The notes beneath the pieces are model-generated. The model saw nothing but the letters and a program-made list of their open reading frames with translations, was not told the DNA's origin and made no database searches. Shown here piece after piece: positions 35,422-47,100 of a DNA stretch of 64,000 nucleotides. The DNA comes from a virus. The first letter of the stretch is position 1. Each line of letters starts with the position of its first letter. The stretch lies in the IMG/VR virus record IMGVR_UViG_3300025093_000012, positions 1 through 64,000 of that record, one strand, 5' to 3'. Position numbers and translations under genes: made by a program.

Positions 35422-37281
35422 ATGAATTTAAATAACCAAATTCTGAGTGACATCACTGTCCATATGAAGTATGCCAAGTATCTTCCTGAATTTAAAAGAA
35501 GGGAGACTTGGGATGAGCTTGTTACTAGAAACAAAGCAATGCACATTAAAAAATTTCCTACTCTCAAAGAAGAGATAGATGAAGTATACAAACTTGTATA
35601 TGATAAAAAGATTTTACCATCAATGAGATCAATGCAATTTGGTGGCAAACCAATTGAAATTAGTCCTAATAGAATATACAACTGTGCTTATCTACCTATA
35701 GACAGTCTTTACTCATTCAGTGAAACTATGTTTCTACTCTTGGGTGGGACAGGTGTTGGTTATTCTGTACAGAAGCATCATGTAGAAAAGCTTCCTCCTA
35801 TCAATAAACCTTATAAGAAGAGAACAAAAAGATATGTGATTAGTGACTCTATAGAAGGTTGGGCTGACGCAGTAAAAGTTCTAATGAAGTCCTATCTAAA
35901 TGGTAGATCATCTAAGATTGTATTTGACTTTTCAGATATTAGACCCAAAGGTGCTAGACTTGTAACATCAGGTGGTAAAGCTCCTGGGCCTCAGCCACTT
36001 AAAGAATGTCTATTTAAAATAGAAGGCATTTTAAACAGTAAAGAAGATGGAGACAAACTTTCTACTTTAGAAGTACATGATATTGTATGCTACATTGCTG
36101 ATGCTGTCTTAGCTGGTGGTATCAGACGTGCTGCATTAATTAGTTTATTTAGTGCGGATGATAGTGAAATGATTTCTTGTAAGTCTGGATCATGGTGGGA
36201 ACTAAACCCACAACGTGGCCGTGCTAATAACTCTGCAGTATTAATGAGACACAAAATCACCAAAGAGTTCTTTATGGACCTATGGAAACGTGTTGAGTTA
36301 TCTGGAGCTGGTGAGCCTGGTATTTATCTTAACAATGATAAAGACTGGGGAACTAATCCATGTTGTGAGATTGCACTACGTCCATTCCAATTCTGTAACT
36401 TGTGTGAAGTAAATGTATCAACCATTGAATCACAAGAGGATCTTAATGAAAGAGTTAAGGCCGCTGCATTCATTGGTACATTACAAGCTGGTTACACTGA
36501 CTTCCACTATCTCAGACCTATTTGGCAAGAGACTACTGAAAAAGATGCTTTGATCGGTATCTCCATGACAGGTATTGGATCAGGCAGAATCTTAGGTTAT
36601 GATATGACCCAGGCTGCTGAGATTGTAAAGAAAGAAAATACAAGAGTAGCTAAAGCTATTGGTATCAATAAGTCAGCAAGATGCACCACTGTAAAACCTG
36701 CTGGTACAACTTCATTAACTTTAGGTACGTCATCTGGTATTCATGCTTGGCATAATGATTATTATGTAAGAAGAATCCGTGTAGGTAAAAATGAATCTAT
36801 CTATACTTATCTGGTAAATAATCACCCAGAGTTAGTTGAAGATTGTGTATTCCGCAGTCATGACACTGCTGTAATCAGTATTCCACAGTCAGCTCCTGAA
36901 GGATCTATACTTAGAACAGAGTCTCCTTTTGCACTTCTTGAAAGAATTAAAAAGGTTGCAACTGAATGGGTTAAACCAGGTCATAGATCTGGAAGTAATA
37001 CTCACAATGTCTCTGCTACTGTAAGTCTTAAAAAGGAAGATTGGGAGATGGCAGGCCAATGGATGTGGGAGAATAGGGATCATTATAATGGATTGTCTGT
37101 ATTGCCTTATGATGGTGGTACGTATACTCAAGCTCCATTTGAAGACATCTCAAAAAGAAAGTTCAATGAGATGGTTAAGTCTTTAATGGATGTTGATCTT
37201 ACAAAGATAGTTGAAGATGATGATAATACAAATCTCTCAGGTGAATTAGCATGTGCTGGTGGATCTTGTGAAGTTAAGTAA
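35422..37281 (+). CDS. nrdJ: class II (adenosylcobalamin) ribonucleotide reductase, monomeric RTPR type
   Basis: YNC, LGGTGVG, TNPCCEI, CNLCEVN, TVKPAGT, C-terminal CAGGSC; no beta-subunit gene nearby. Confidence 0.9.
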   Translation: MNLNNQILSDITVHMKYAKYLPEFKRRETWDELVTRNKAMHIKKFPTLKEEIDEVYKLVYDKKILPSMRSMQFGGKPIEISPNRIYNCAYLPIDSLYSFSETMFLLLGGTGVGYSVQKHHVEKLPPINKPYKKRTKRYVISDSIEGWADAVKVLMKSYLNGRSSKIVFDFSDIRPKGARLVTSGGKAPGPQPLKECLFKIEGILNSKEDGDKLSTLEVHDIVCYIADAVLAGGIRRAALISLFSADDSEMISCKSGSWWELNPQRGRANNSAVLMRHKITKEFFMDLWKRVELSGAGEPGIYLNNDKDWGTNPCCEIALRPFQFCNLCEVNVSTIESQEDLNERVKAAAFIGTLQAGYTDFHYLRPIWQETTEKDALIGISMTGIGSGRILGYDMTQAAEIVKKENTRVAKAIGINKSARCTTVKPAGTTSLTLGTSSGIHAWHNDYYVRRIRVGKNESIYTYLVNNHPELVEDCVFRSHDTAVISIPQSAPEGSILRTESPFALLERIKKVATEWVKPGHRSGSNTHNVSATVSLKKEDWEMAGQWMWENRDHYNGLSVLPYDGGTYTQAPFEDISKRKFNEMVKSLMDVDLTKIVEDDDNTNLSGELACAGGSCEVK

Positions 37282-37283
37282 TC

Positions 37284-37466
37284 ATGAGTAAGAAGAAGGA
37301 TTGGATACATGATTTATATGTTAGAGAATTTCTCAAACCTAAACATCACCCTGACCACTTTTATTGGGAGAATGGGAAGATGGTTATGACAGAGAAGTAT
37401 CATCTTGCCAGGGGCAAGTGTTGTGGCAGTGGCTGCAAGCACTGTCCTTGGAGAAAGAAGAATTAG
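37284..37466 (+). CDS. DUF5522-like Cys-rich protein
   Basis: V.TE.YHL.RG.CCGSGCKHCPW. Confidence 0.8.
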   Translation: MSKKKDWIHDLYVREFLKPKHHPDHFYWENGKMVMTEKYHLARGKCCGSGCKHCPWRKKN

Positions 37467-37633
37467 TCTGCAGTGTATAAGGGTTTAACCTTTGCTGTAA
37501 TTAATTCATCTTCCGTACCAATCACGTAATAGATACCTTCTATTATAAATAAATCTAGGGGAGTATGATGTTCTTTTTTAAGTCTGTCATACTCCTCTTT
37601 TTTTACTATCACTACTGTTTTCTCAATTGCCAT
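37463..37633 (-). CDS. small hypothetical protein (56 aa, below cutoff)
   Basis: Manual translation MAIEKTVVIVKKEEYDRLKK...PLYTAD; starts 1 nt after the upstream stop. Confidence 0.5.
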   Translation of the reverse strand: MAIEKTVVIVKKEEYDRLKKEHHTPLDLFIIEGIYYVIGTEDELITAKVKPLYTAD

Positions 37634-37634
37634 T

Positions 37635-38420
37635 TTACCATTGTAAAAATTTAGGTGTGTACTGAATCCCTACACCAACGTAGTTTCTAAACTGTCCAGT
37701 GGTTGTCATTCCCACACCCATTTGTATTCCTAATCCTATTGTCTTGCGTGAGTTTCTTTGAAACTTTTTAAGGCCCTCATCATCTTGGACAAGGATTCCT
37801 GATGCATTATTAAATGATACACCAGGGTAATCCGTCTTCAGATTGATGAACACCTCTTTGGTTTTTCTGTCTTGTAAGAGTGTTGACTCAAGCCAAATAT
37901 TTTGTCTTAAAGTAAGGTTTGCTTTGCCTCCATAGAGTAGACTATCATGGACAAATATGGGCATATTAAAGTCAACTATCCTGTAGCTCTGTCCAAATGT
38001 AGTTGTATCGTTATATTTCACAACGTGTTGTTGGCCATCAGGATTCTCTGCTATAAACAGTGTGTCAAACACTTGTTCAATCACAGGTGTGAATACAATG
38101 CTGTCTCGTATTTCAGTCTTGTATTTCACTATTGTTATTGGTGGTTTGTTTTTTTCAAACTCTACCTCATCACCTAGTTCATCTATGGTTAAGTTTAGTC
38201 CTCGTATCTCACCGTTGAGCAAACCGTTCTCATCTATGTAGTGTTCTAATGTGTCCGTAAGAGCTGTATTATTGTTTGTTATTCGTGTAACTTCATCCTT
38301 AGCTTTCTGTGTTGACTCACACTGGCGTAAAAAGAGCATTATTAATACTGCTATTATTACCAGCATGATAACCTTAGAGTTATCAGAAATTATCTTTATT
38401 ATATCTACAATACTTTTCAT
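37635..38420 (-). CDS. putative spanin-like membrane protein
   Basis: N-terminal TM, coiled coil, C-terminal amphipathic beta strands (YVGVGIQY). Confidence 0.55.
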   Translation of the reverse strand: MKSIVDIIKIISDNSKVIMLVIIAVLIMLFLRQCESTQKAKDEVTRITNNNTALTDTLEHYIDENGLLNGEIRGLNLTIDELGDEVEFEKNKPPITIVKYKTEIRDSIVFTPVIEQVFDTLFIAENPDGQQHVVKYNDTTTFGQSYRIVDFNMPIFVHDSLLYGGKANLTLRQNIWLESTLLQDRKTKEVFINLKTDYPGVSFNNASGILVQDDEGLKKFQRNSRKTIGLGIQMGVGMTTTGQFRNYVGVGIQYTPKFLQW

Positions 38421-38525
38421 ACTAACATTTAATCTTTCTGCACAATTCTTCTATAGTGAACACCCATTCTGAATATGGTCTGTTTCTATTGTACTGTTCT
38501 ATTCTCCACTTATCTGATCTACTCA

Positions 38526-41500
38526 TTACTTAACAAAGAAATCATTGACTGTATCATATGCTTGCCATCTGTTGTACATATAAATCAATGGTAATACATC
38601 ACCCCACTCTTTTAAAATCTTTGGTTGACCCTTACGGCCAGTTCTTTGATAATAAACTCTAGTGTCTTTTGTAATATCATAATCTTCTTCAAACAGACCA
38701 TAGTATCCCATGTTTGCTAGTCCAAACTTACCAGTTGCTTGAATAGCACCAGCCAACTCACCTAATGATCTCATGATTGGAATAGGAGACTTAGCCATCA
38801 TATACTGTTCACTTGCACCAGCAACTGGGAAGAAGAACATAAATTCTCTAGCTTGTCTATTAAACTGATAAACTAAAGCATTCTCTAATCTTGTTCTTGA
38901 TTGTGTATCATCGTCATCATCATCTTCAAATAGATTTGCTAATATCATTGCCATAGCAAAACTTGACATTGCAATACCAAAGTCTGCAAGAGATCTATAG
39001 AAGTTTTTGATTTTATTATCAGTCTTTTCTTTACCTTCTTGGAACTCCAGCTCTCTGTAAGCTTTACCTATCTGTCCTTTTGCTTTAATAATGTAAGCCA
39101 TCACATTTACAAAAGACTTGTATCTTCCTTCTACCCAACCAAGATTTTCATTGTAGTATTCTTTTCTAAATCTTGCATCTAAACCTGGCACAACCCACTT
39201 ATGGAACTGTGCTACCAGCATACCCAAAGTATGGTCTTGAATAACCATTCTATCAGCATATGCATAGTTACCATGAATCTGTTTGTTGACCTCACGGATC
39301 TGGTTTCTTACATCATATCTAGTATTCTCATCTAATAAACTTTGTGTAATTAGATTACCGTCACTATCAGTTCTTCTTTCATTAAACCTTATAAGCTCAG
39401 TGAATCCTTCTTTTAGAGTCACTTTACCAGTTTGACTATTATACTGTAGTGCATCATAGTATGACATCTCTTCTCCTGTTTCAGGATTTCTAACTGTAGT
39501 AGACATCATTATTGCCACACCAACTTTTGTCTGAACATTATATTCTGCAGAGTCCTGGAACATATAGGCTGCAGAGAATGCTTTTTCTCTAAGACCTTTC
39601 TGACCTTCTGATGATTGCTCACGTATATCTGCTTTAGCATCCATCATTCTCATGTAATCAGCTACAGCTTCATATTTACTAGCAGGTTTGTACAGCTTAT
39701 ATCCATCACCACCAATAATAGGTGACCAAGTTGATTCATCACCTAGCTTTCTCATCATTAGAGGTATAGATTTATTATACTCTATTACAGCTCTACCATA
39801 AGCTTTTGGATCAAAGTATCTACCACCAGCAACCTCAACCATGTTGTTAAGTCTACCCATAGCATAGTTATTGATGTTACCAAACCAGTTTAGACCCACA
39901 TATGTTAAAGAAGTATATGAAACTAAACCTCTAGCAACTTTCTCCATGAATCCTCTAGTCTTCTTATTGTTATCAAAATAGACCATGTTAACCCACTTCT
40001 TAGCTCTCTTTACAATATTAGATTCATAGTCAGCCCCTATCTCAGTAATCTGACCTTTACCTATTGCAGTTTTAGTTGCATCAACAACACTTGCAAAGCC
40101 TGATGGAGTATACTTTCTTTTCTCCATTGTTTTAATGATAGCTGTGACAGTGTTTTTAATCTCTCCCATTGTCTCATAGTTCTGAGCCATTCCATTAAAG
40201 AGCAGAAGATTCTTACCCATATCAAGACTAAGTTCATTCTTAGAAGGTGCAGCTTGGATAGAGTTTCTTTCACTCTCTAAAAGATTTAACTCCTCTTTAT
40301 ACTGACCAACCTTAATCTTTTTATTTTCAAAGTCTTGCTTTAGTGCATTGATCTTATCATTAATAAACTCTAGTCTCTTTTCATCTCTGGTATTTCCTAC
40401 ATAAAAAATAGGAAGAGTGTCTTCAATAAAGTTACCCTGCTCATCAGTTATAACTTTTTCTACTCTAGTAGTTGTACTTATAAGATTTTTAAAACCTCTG
40501 TTTGCTTTAGCTGTAAGTTTACCAATAAGACCGCCCTCTCTTCTAATCTCATCAACAAAGTTTTCTCTGATGATTAAAGAGTTACCAAGCATTTTAGATT
40601 GTACAGATGAAGGTAGTTTCTTCAATAGATCATCTTCAAATAATCTTATGTACATTAAATAGAACTCCTTTTGAGCTAATGCTAGTGAGTCATTAGCATT
40701 AGGATTCATTAGTTGCTGATACTTATCACTAACCATGACTGTACCATTTCTAGCTATATCTCTAACCTCAACAAACTCAGACTTAACAAAACCTATTCCT
40801 CCACCATCATAACCACTGTCCATTCTTTTTACAACACCAGTAGGAGATCCATCTGCATTTTTAGCAATATAGTTTGATGGTTCTACTCTATGATACTTAT
40901 CTAAGAATTCTCTCTTCTGTCTTGCTGATGCACTTCTTTTAAACTTCCAACGTCCAGATTCTTTATTTGCAAATAATGAGAAGTACATAAGTTTCTCTCT
41001 TGCATCTTTATATTCTTTAGTATATCTGTGGAAGTCTCCATCTTCTGGTTGACCATCAATAACTCTTTCACCTCTCATAAAATCACTATATGCTTTTCTT
41101 TTCTCATATAGTTTTCTATTAAAAGCTAGCTCTTCATCAGTGTAATCTTCTAAATTATCTTTATAGATATACTGCTGTCTAAATATAGACTCACCTTGCT
41201 CATCGTATCTAAGTGATGTCCACTGTGCATTATACTGTGGTCCAATTTTCTTTACATAAGTTCCTAAGAAGTTGCCATCCTCATCAAAGTTCAACATGAA
41301 ACTATAATCTACTTTACCACCTGGTGAAAGCTTTGCAAGTTTACCTGCTCTGTTTCTAATTTCATCTGCTCTTTCTTCCGCTAAATCTAAAGTCTTTTGT
41401 ACTTGTCTTTTATAAAGTTTATCTAACAATTGAGATAATGGATCTGGACTTGTTGCCAAATCACTAACTCCCATTCTCAATGTACTTATATCTGACATAG

Positions 41501-44177
41501 CTTTAACATTACCAGAAAGATCATATCCAGTAATAATTGCACTTATATCATCTTCAGTTAGATCTGCATTTGTTGTATTAGTTCTGTATAGTTCTAATAC
41601 ATAGTTTTGTATCCCTGAATTAATTAAACCTTTTTCTTTGTATGCACCCTCACCTAGAACTTGGTCACTAAGAGTTCTTAGTTTGTTTCTTAAACCTTCT
41701 GTTGTTGCTCCTAAAGGAACACCTTTTGGATTCTGTACATTATCTAGAGATTGATAAGATCTAGCAACACCTTCCATTGCTAAAACTCTATCAATATACT
41801 CCATCTTATTTTGTTGAACGGGGTCATTTATATACTCTATAAAATCCTCCATTTCATCTATAGATCTTTGCAATAGCTCATCATAGATGACATCTGACTT
41901 ACCCTCCATTCTTGCTGTCTGTATATCAGATATTGCTCTGTCAAGAGCATCTATAATTTTTTCTACATTAGTAGTTTGCTTTTGTCTATCTTGAAGTGTT
42001 TCTAAAGCTTGTCTTCTTGTGACAAGTTTTATCTGGTATGACTTGAGTACATCATTTTTAATTTGATATATATCATTCTCTATATACTCACCATCTGGCT
42101 GCTTCTCATCTTCATTCAATCTATTTGGATCAGCCTCTTCTTCAACTTGATCTTTATAAAAAGTATCTTCATTGATAGGCACAACCTGATCAACAAAGTG
42201 AGCCATCATACTTGGATTATGATATGTAGTACCCTCTACTCTAAAGTTTACAACCTTATCATCTGTAAGATCTACCTTGATATGTACAGTCTGTGAATCA
42301 GTACTTACTTCATAACCCATATTACCTAAGATTCTTCTATAGGTATTTACTTGAAGGTTATGTTGTGTTCTAGTTGTAAACCCTTGTTGCATTGATTTAG
42401 GAAGAGCAGGATCATAGAAAATACTTCCTTCATTTACAGGATACTTTCTATTAGAGTATGCATCCTCCTTTATAGAGTTCTTACTAGTCTTTAGATCAAT
42501 TATTGTTAATGATCCATCCGTATGTACAACAAGCAAGTCAATTGTTCCTGAAGTAGATGTAGCAGCATCTGTTATAACAACCTGTGGGATAACAACCGCA
42601 CCCTGATCTCTATACATTGCAAGTATAGTTTGTATTTGATCTACAGCTCTTACAACTTGTTCTTTATTAAGAACATTCATTTTTTCTTTGAGGCCTTCAA
42701 CATCAGGATCTTCTGACATAGGCATAACTGCTAGATACTCCATAATGACATCAAAGTCATCTCCTATATCTCTATTAATTTTATACTTATTCTCAGGATC
42801 ATTTAGATTACCTTTAATTCTACCCGTAACTGAAGCATTTACTTCACCTGTTTCTACATTAATGTATTTATGATCTTCTTTATTTAATATAACTAAAGGT
42901 GTGTCAGTTCCAGTCAGTGTACTACCTACAGTAAAATCATCAAAGCTTTCTTTGTTATCTATATCTAATCCTGTAAGTTGAGCAACTCTTTTAGCTTGTA
43001 CATCTGTTGTAGATTGTGCTACTAGCTCATTTGCTTGTGTCTTTCTTTCAGGAGTCAAAGAAAACTTAACTCTACTGTCTCCTGTAGTATCCTCCCTTTC
43101 AAATCTAAACTCAAGAGCATCATTGTTTAATAGCTTAGCTAGATTAGTTAGTGTGTTATCAGACCTTAGCATATTAGCTCTAACAGGAATTCTTTGACCT
43201 GCAATATATTTACTAAGGTCTTCTATAACATCAAGGATAAATTTGAGAAGCTCAGATATTTTTTGCTTCCAAGTTAGTGTGGGTCTTTCTTCATATTCTT
43301 TATTGAAGTGTCTAGATAATGCTTGAGTAACTAACTCTATATCTCTATCTTGCTGATTAAACCCTCTTCTTGCTGTATATGTACCATCTATTTGCAACTT
43401 GAGTTGAGGAAACATCTGCTTTGCTTCAGCTAACAAAGATCTGTATAATGCTGGCTTTTGGATCATTACAGCATCTACAAATGGGTGAAGTACTTCTTCT
43501 ACTGCTGTATCAGCATTCACTCTCCCTTTTATAATATATGCCACTCCTTTTACATAGTAACTTCTAAGGCTATTAAAGCTAACACCTCTTCTATTTGCTG
43601 GAGCTAATGAGTCATAATATTCTCTAGCCTCTTTTACAGAAGCCACTCTTATATCTAGCTGAGGAAATATTCCCTGCATGTGATCAACAATATCTAAAAT
43701 ATGTGTGTGATCTTTATTAGTACTTTCTTGAATAATATCCTGGGGCCCAAAGACTACTGGATCAATAGATACCTTATATGTTTTATTAGTTCTATCTAAA
43801 TTGATAGATTCTGCAGATATGTTCCAGAAGTCTATAAGCTTTAAAAGTTTCAACCTATTACTTTCTGCAACTGTTCTATCTAAAGCTACAACTTGATCTC
43901 CCTCAGTATTATTTATATAGTAGTCACCATTAAACTTACTGATCAGTCCAGCATTACTTAAATTTGCAAGTATAGCATCTGCATAGTTCTTTTGCTTCAA
44001 TGCAAACTTTACCTTTTCATTTTGCACATACTTCTTTGCTTGGTATACAGTAGGAAAAGCATCTGAGTTTGTACTCTTTTGCCACTTATCTATAATACTA
44101 TTAATAACTATGACATCTCCGTACTCACCCTCAAGTGCTTTATACTCTGGAGTATTTCTATTAAAACATTTTGCCAT
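38526..44177 (-). CDS. large virion cargo protein with PD-(D/E)XK nuclease-like domain
   Basis: 1883 aa; SGTIDLL...IIDLKT...QHNLQVNTY; degenerate zincin-like EEVLH; coupled to the RNAP gene. Confidence 0.8.
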   Translation of the reverse strand: MAKCFNRNTPEYKALEGEYGDVIVINSIIDKWQKSTNSDAFPTVYQAKKYVQNEKVKFALKQKNYADAILANLSNAGLISKFNGDYYINNTEGDQVVALDRTVAESNRLKLLKLIDFWNISAESINLDRTNKTYKVSIDPVVFGPQDIIQESTNKDHTHILDIVDHMQGIFPQLDIRVASVKEAREYYDSLAPANRRGVSFNSLRSYYVKGVAYIIKGRVNADTAVEEVLHPFVDAVMIQKPALYRSLLAEAKQMFPQLKLQIDGTYTARRGFNQQDRDIELVTQALSRHFNKEYEERPTLTWKQKISELLKFILDVIEDLSKYIAGQRIPVRANMLRSDNTLTNLAKLLNNDALEFRFEREDTTGDSRVKFSLTPERKTQANELVAQSTTDVQAKRVAQLTGLDIDNKESFDDFTVGSTLTGTDTPLVILNKEDHKYINVETGEVNASVTGRIKGNLNDPENKYKINRDIGDDFDVIMEYLAVMPMSEDPDVEGLKEKMNVLNKEQVVRAVDQIQTILAMYRDQGAVVIPQVVITDAATSTSGTIDLLVVHTDGSLTIIDLKTSKNSIKEDAYSNRKYPVNEGSIFYDPALPKSMQQGFTTRTQHNLQVNTYRRILGNMGYEVSTDSQTVHIKVDLTDDKVVNFRVEGTTYHNPSMMAHFVDQVVPINEDTFYKDQVEEEADPNRLNEDEKQPDGEYIENDIYQIKNDVLKSYQIKLVTRRQALETLQDRQKQTTNVEKIIDALDRAISDIQTARMEGKSDVIYDELLQRSIDEMEDFIEYINDPVQQNKMEYIDRVLAMEGVARSYQSLDNVQNPKGVPLGATTEGLRNKLRTLSDQVLGEGAYKEKGLINSGIQNYVLELYRTNTTNADLTEDDISAIITGYDLSGNVKAMSDISTLRMGVSDLATSPDPLSQLLDKLYKRQVQKTLDLAEERADEIRNRAGKLAKLSPGGKVDYSFMLNFDEDGNFLGTYVKKIGPQYNAQWTSLRYDEQGESIFRQQYIYKDNLEDYTDEELAFNRKLYEKRKAYSDFMRGERVIDGQPEDGDFHRYTKEYKDAREKLMYFSLFANKESGRWKFKRSASARQKREFLDKYHRVEPSNYIAKNADGSPTGVVKRMDSGYDGGGIGFVKSEFVEVRDIARNGTVMVSDKYQQLMNPNANDSLALAQKEFYLMYIRLFEDDLLKKLPSSVQSKMLGNSLIIRENFVDEIRREGGLIGKLTAKANRGFKNLISTTTRVEKVITDEQGNFIEDTLPIFYVGNTRDEKRLEFINDKINALKQDFENKKIKVGQYKEELNLLESERNSIQAAPSKNELSLDMGKNLLLFNGMAQNYETMGEIKNTVTAIIKTMEKRKYTPSGFASVVDATKTAIGKGQITEIGADYESNIVKRAKKWVNMVYFDNNKKTRGFMEKVARGLVSYTSLTYVGLNWFGNINNYAMGRLNNMVEVAGGRYFDPKAYGRAVIEYNKSIPLMMRKLGDESTWSPIIGGDGYKLYKPASKYEAVADYMRMMDAKADIREQSSEGQKGLREKAFSAAYMFQDSAEYNVQTKVGVAIMMSTTVRNPETGEEMSYYDALQYNSQTGKVTLKEGFTELIRFNERRTDSDGNLITQSLLDENTRYDVRNQIREVNKQIHGNYAYADRMVIQDHTLGMLVAQFHKWVVPGLDARFRKEYYNENLGWVEGRYKSFVNVMAYIIKAKGQIGKAYRELEFQEGKEKTDNKIKNFYRSLADFGIAMSSFAMAMILANLFEDDDDDDTQSRTRLENALVYQFNRQAREFMFFFPVAGASEQYMMAKSPIPIMRSLGELAGAIQATGKFGLANMGYYGLFEEDYDITKDTRVYYQRTGRKGQPKILKEWGDVLPLIYMYNRWQAYDTVNDFFVK

Positions 44178-47100
44178 TACTTACAATTTTTTAATGTCTC
44201 CATCCAATCTTCTTGAGATATAGGAAACAGTGAATTACTAGCTTTGTATGCAGCTATTGCTTCTTCAACACTAGATATTTTTCTATTTTCTGAAATCTCT
44301 CTTTTTGCATCAGGAGTTATGTTATCCCATTCAGTTTCTATAGTAGTGTAATCTGCATTAGGATCTTCTTTAGCTTTTATTTTTACACTACGCCCTTCTG
44401 TGTCTATACTTGGACCTTCTTCTACATTCTGCTCACTCATTCTTTGTATTTGTTCCAACTGAGAAGGAGTAGGATCTGTAACTTCAACTGTTACTTTTAC
44501 ATTACCTGTTTGGCCTGCTACATTTTCTACAGTATAGTTTTTATCTGTAGCATTGACTCTTACTCCTGGTTTACCCATTCCTGTTGGATCTTGTGAAGCA
44601 GCTGCTGCCCATTTTTCCATACTACTTTCACTAGTATTTGTAGCTGAATCTCTTTGATCTTTTTTCTCTTGAAGATATTTATAATCTGATCTATCACCAT
44701 GTACAAACCCTGCATCATATTGTTGCATAGATCCTTTAGCTTCTACTTCTTCATACTTTGCACGTAATCCATAAGCTATATTTTCATTAGTGAAATCAAT
44801 CATATCTTGATAATTACCAGCTTGCTTAGGCGTATACAAATATACAAGTTTAAATTCTCTTACATCTGCTTTTTTTCTTTGACCTGGCTTTGCAGGAGGT
44901 GCTACATCCATTTTTATAATCATAGGAAATCCTATCAAGTCAATAGTTTGTGTACCACCACCTTTCTTTGGTACATCTTGTTTTGCAGTTGCAAATCTAC
45001 CAGCTCTTACAATTGCTTTTGTATTCCTTTCTCTATTCATAGAAAGTTCAAAGTCTTGGTATCTACCTTTCTTACGTGTTTCCTTTTTAGTTTTCTTTGT
45101 CTTAGAGAAGTTAGCGTTAATATCTATAGTATACTGGCCTTCTTCATTTTCTTCTACTAGAATAGCCTTCTGTCTAGTTTTAACTTTTGACTTTTGTTTT
45201 ATTACTTGAACTGGCCCTCTTTGTCTTCTTTTAATTTCACTCAAGAAATATATATTACCTCTTGACTGTGAGTAGCCTTCAACCCATTCTTTAAGAAGCT
45301 CTGTTTGTGTATCACCAAACATTGAAACAAACTGACCATCTGATACTCTATCATTATCAAATAGATTTGTAACTCTACCAGATACATTTAATATATCATC
45401 AAGCAATGGAACAGGAATAATATCTAAGAATGTATCCCTAGCATATTGTAATCCATCTTTTAATATTAAATAGTGGATTATATGTCTCACATCTTCTCTT
45501 AGCTCAGGCATTGCATATAAGTCACGTAAACCATTTTGAAGTTGTGTCACTTGACTAGCATTAAGATTGGTCCAAGTTTTTCCAACAAGCATGTTAATCA
45601 TAGCTTTATTTGCTGGATTGTTTGTATCCTTTTTAGCAACAAAATCCATGAATGCATTAGACTGACCTTTTGATTTAAGTACAGTTCTAATATTATTTAC
45701 TACACTATTGATAGTAATAGGTCCTGCCATTTCATCATAGATAAATCCATTATCAAGAGAAACATTTAATTTAGCATTACCATTATCAGATAAAGCTTTC
45801 ATATATGCTTTAACTATAAAATAGCTTAATAAGTCTTTAGCAACTTTAGGCTCTTGAGCAAAAGGTATATTTTGCATTGCTGCATTCTTAAATCTTAAGA
45901 AAGTAGGAGACATAGTTACAAAGACAGATGGCATTGTCTGAGTTAGATTATCTAAGATAGCTGCATATCTTCCTTGGAATGTTTTATTTTTATCAAATAA
46001 AGATCTGGCATCTACAGGAATGCTAGATTCAGCCCATTCTTTTTCACTCATAAATAGACCTACAGATTCCATTTTTTGATATGCTCTATTAATATCATCT
46101 ATTGAAGTAAAATCAAATGAAGTATTTGTAGATAACACTTGCAAATCACCTAATGTAGAAGATAAAACAGTTGCATTTCTAAACAACAATAATGTAGCTA
46201 GTTTTTCTGTTGAATCTATTTCACCTGGATTTCTTATCTCATTGATAAGCATGTCCGTAGTTACCTTTGTTTTTTTAGCATTTGTTATAGCATCATCATT
46301 TTGAGCAGCTAGTTCATCTATAGCTTCATTTAGTAGAGCAGTCATAGATGCTTCACCAGCTTCAGCTCTTGCATATATTTCTCTAACAGTTGGTTGATTA
46401 ATTAACATTATTGCTGTTTTAAGATCAACTCCTAAACTAACTAATCCAACTGTTGTAGCTAATGCATTTTTATTTAATCCTAGTTTTCCAAGAAGTCTTT
46501 CTTTAGCATTATCTGTAGCTGCAGTAACCAATGCAGAAATAACAAATTGCTTTCTATCACCGCTAGTTAGAGGTTTACCAGTAGCTGGATCTATAAAATA
46601 GTCACCTTTAAATGATGTATAATTATAATCATTGATGCTTATATTACCACCTGCAATAGGACCTAATCTATTTGTAGATCTTAAGGATATATTATACTCC
46701 TTAAGCATGTTAACTATAATGTTTGGTAGTACCGCTGCACCAATTGCTCCAGCTCCTGCTTTATTATTTACCCAAGATCTATACATACCTACAGGGCTTT
46801 CAATAATAACACCTTCTTCTCTTACTAAATCTGCAAGTTCTGGAAGTGATTCTTCTATTTCATTCCATACCTCTTCTACAGGATCTAATACTGCAGGTTC
46901 ATAAGCTGCACCAACAGGTCTATCAAATCTACCTTCAGTCATTCCCTTATTACCAAGCATAGCATACTTAAGATTAATTGCCTCATTGCTTTGTGCTGCT
47001 GTATATGGTAATCTGTCAAACTTTTCTTTATATTGAATGAACTCATCTTTAGTTACAGGCAGGCTTAATATCTTCAGTGCACCTATAATACTATCAGAAG

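Noticed and set aside
24686-37281. Inteins or introns in polB and nrdJ
   Set aside because: Both have compact lengths with contiguous motifs and no splice-junction signatures
37557-37604. Hairpin plus T-run as an ncRNA
   Set aside because: It lies within the small minus-strand ORF 37463-37633 and is at most a + strand terminator for the nrdJ island
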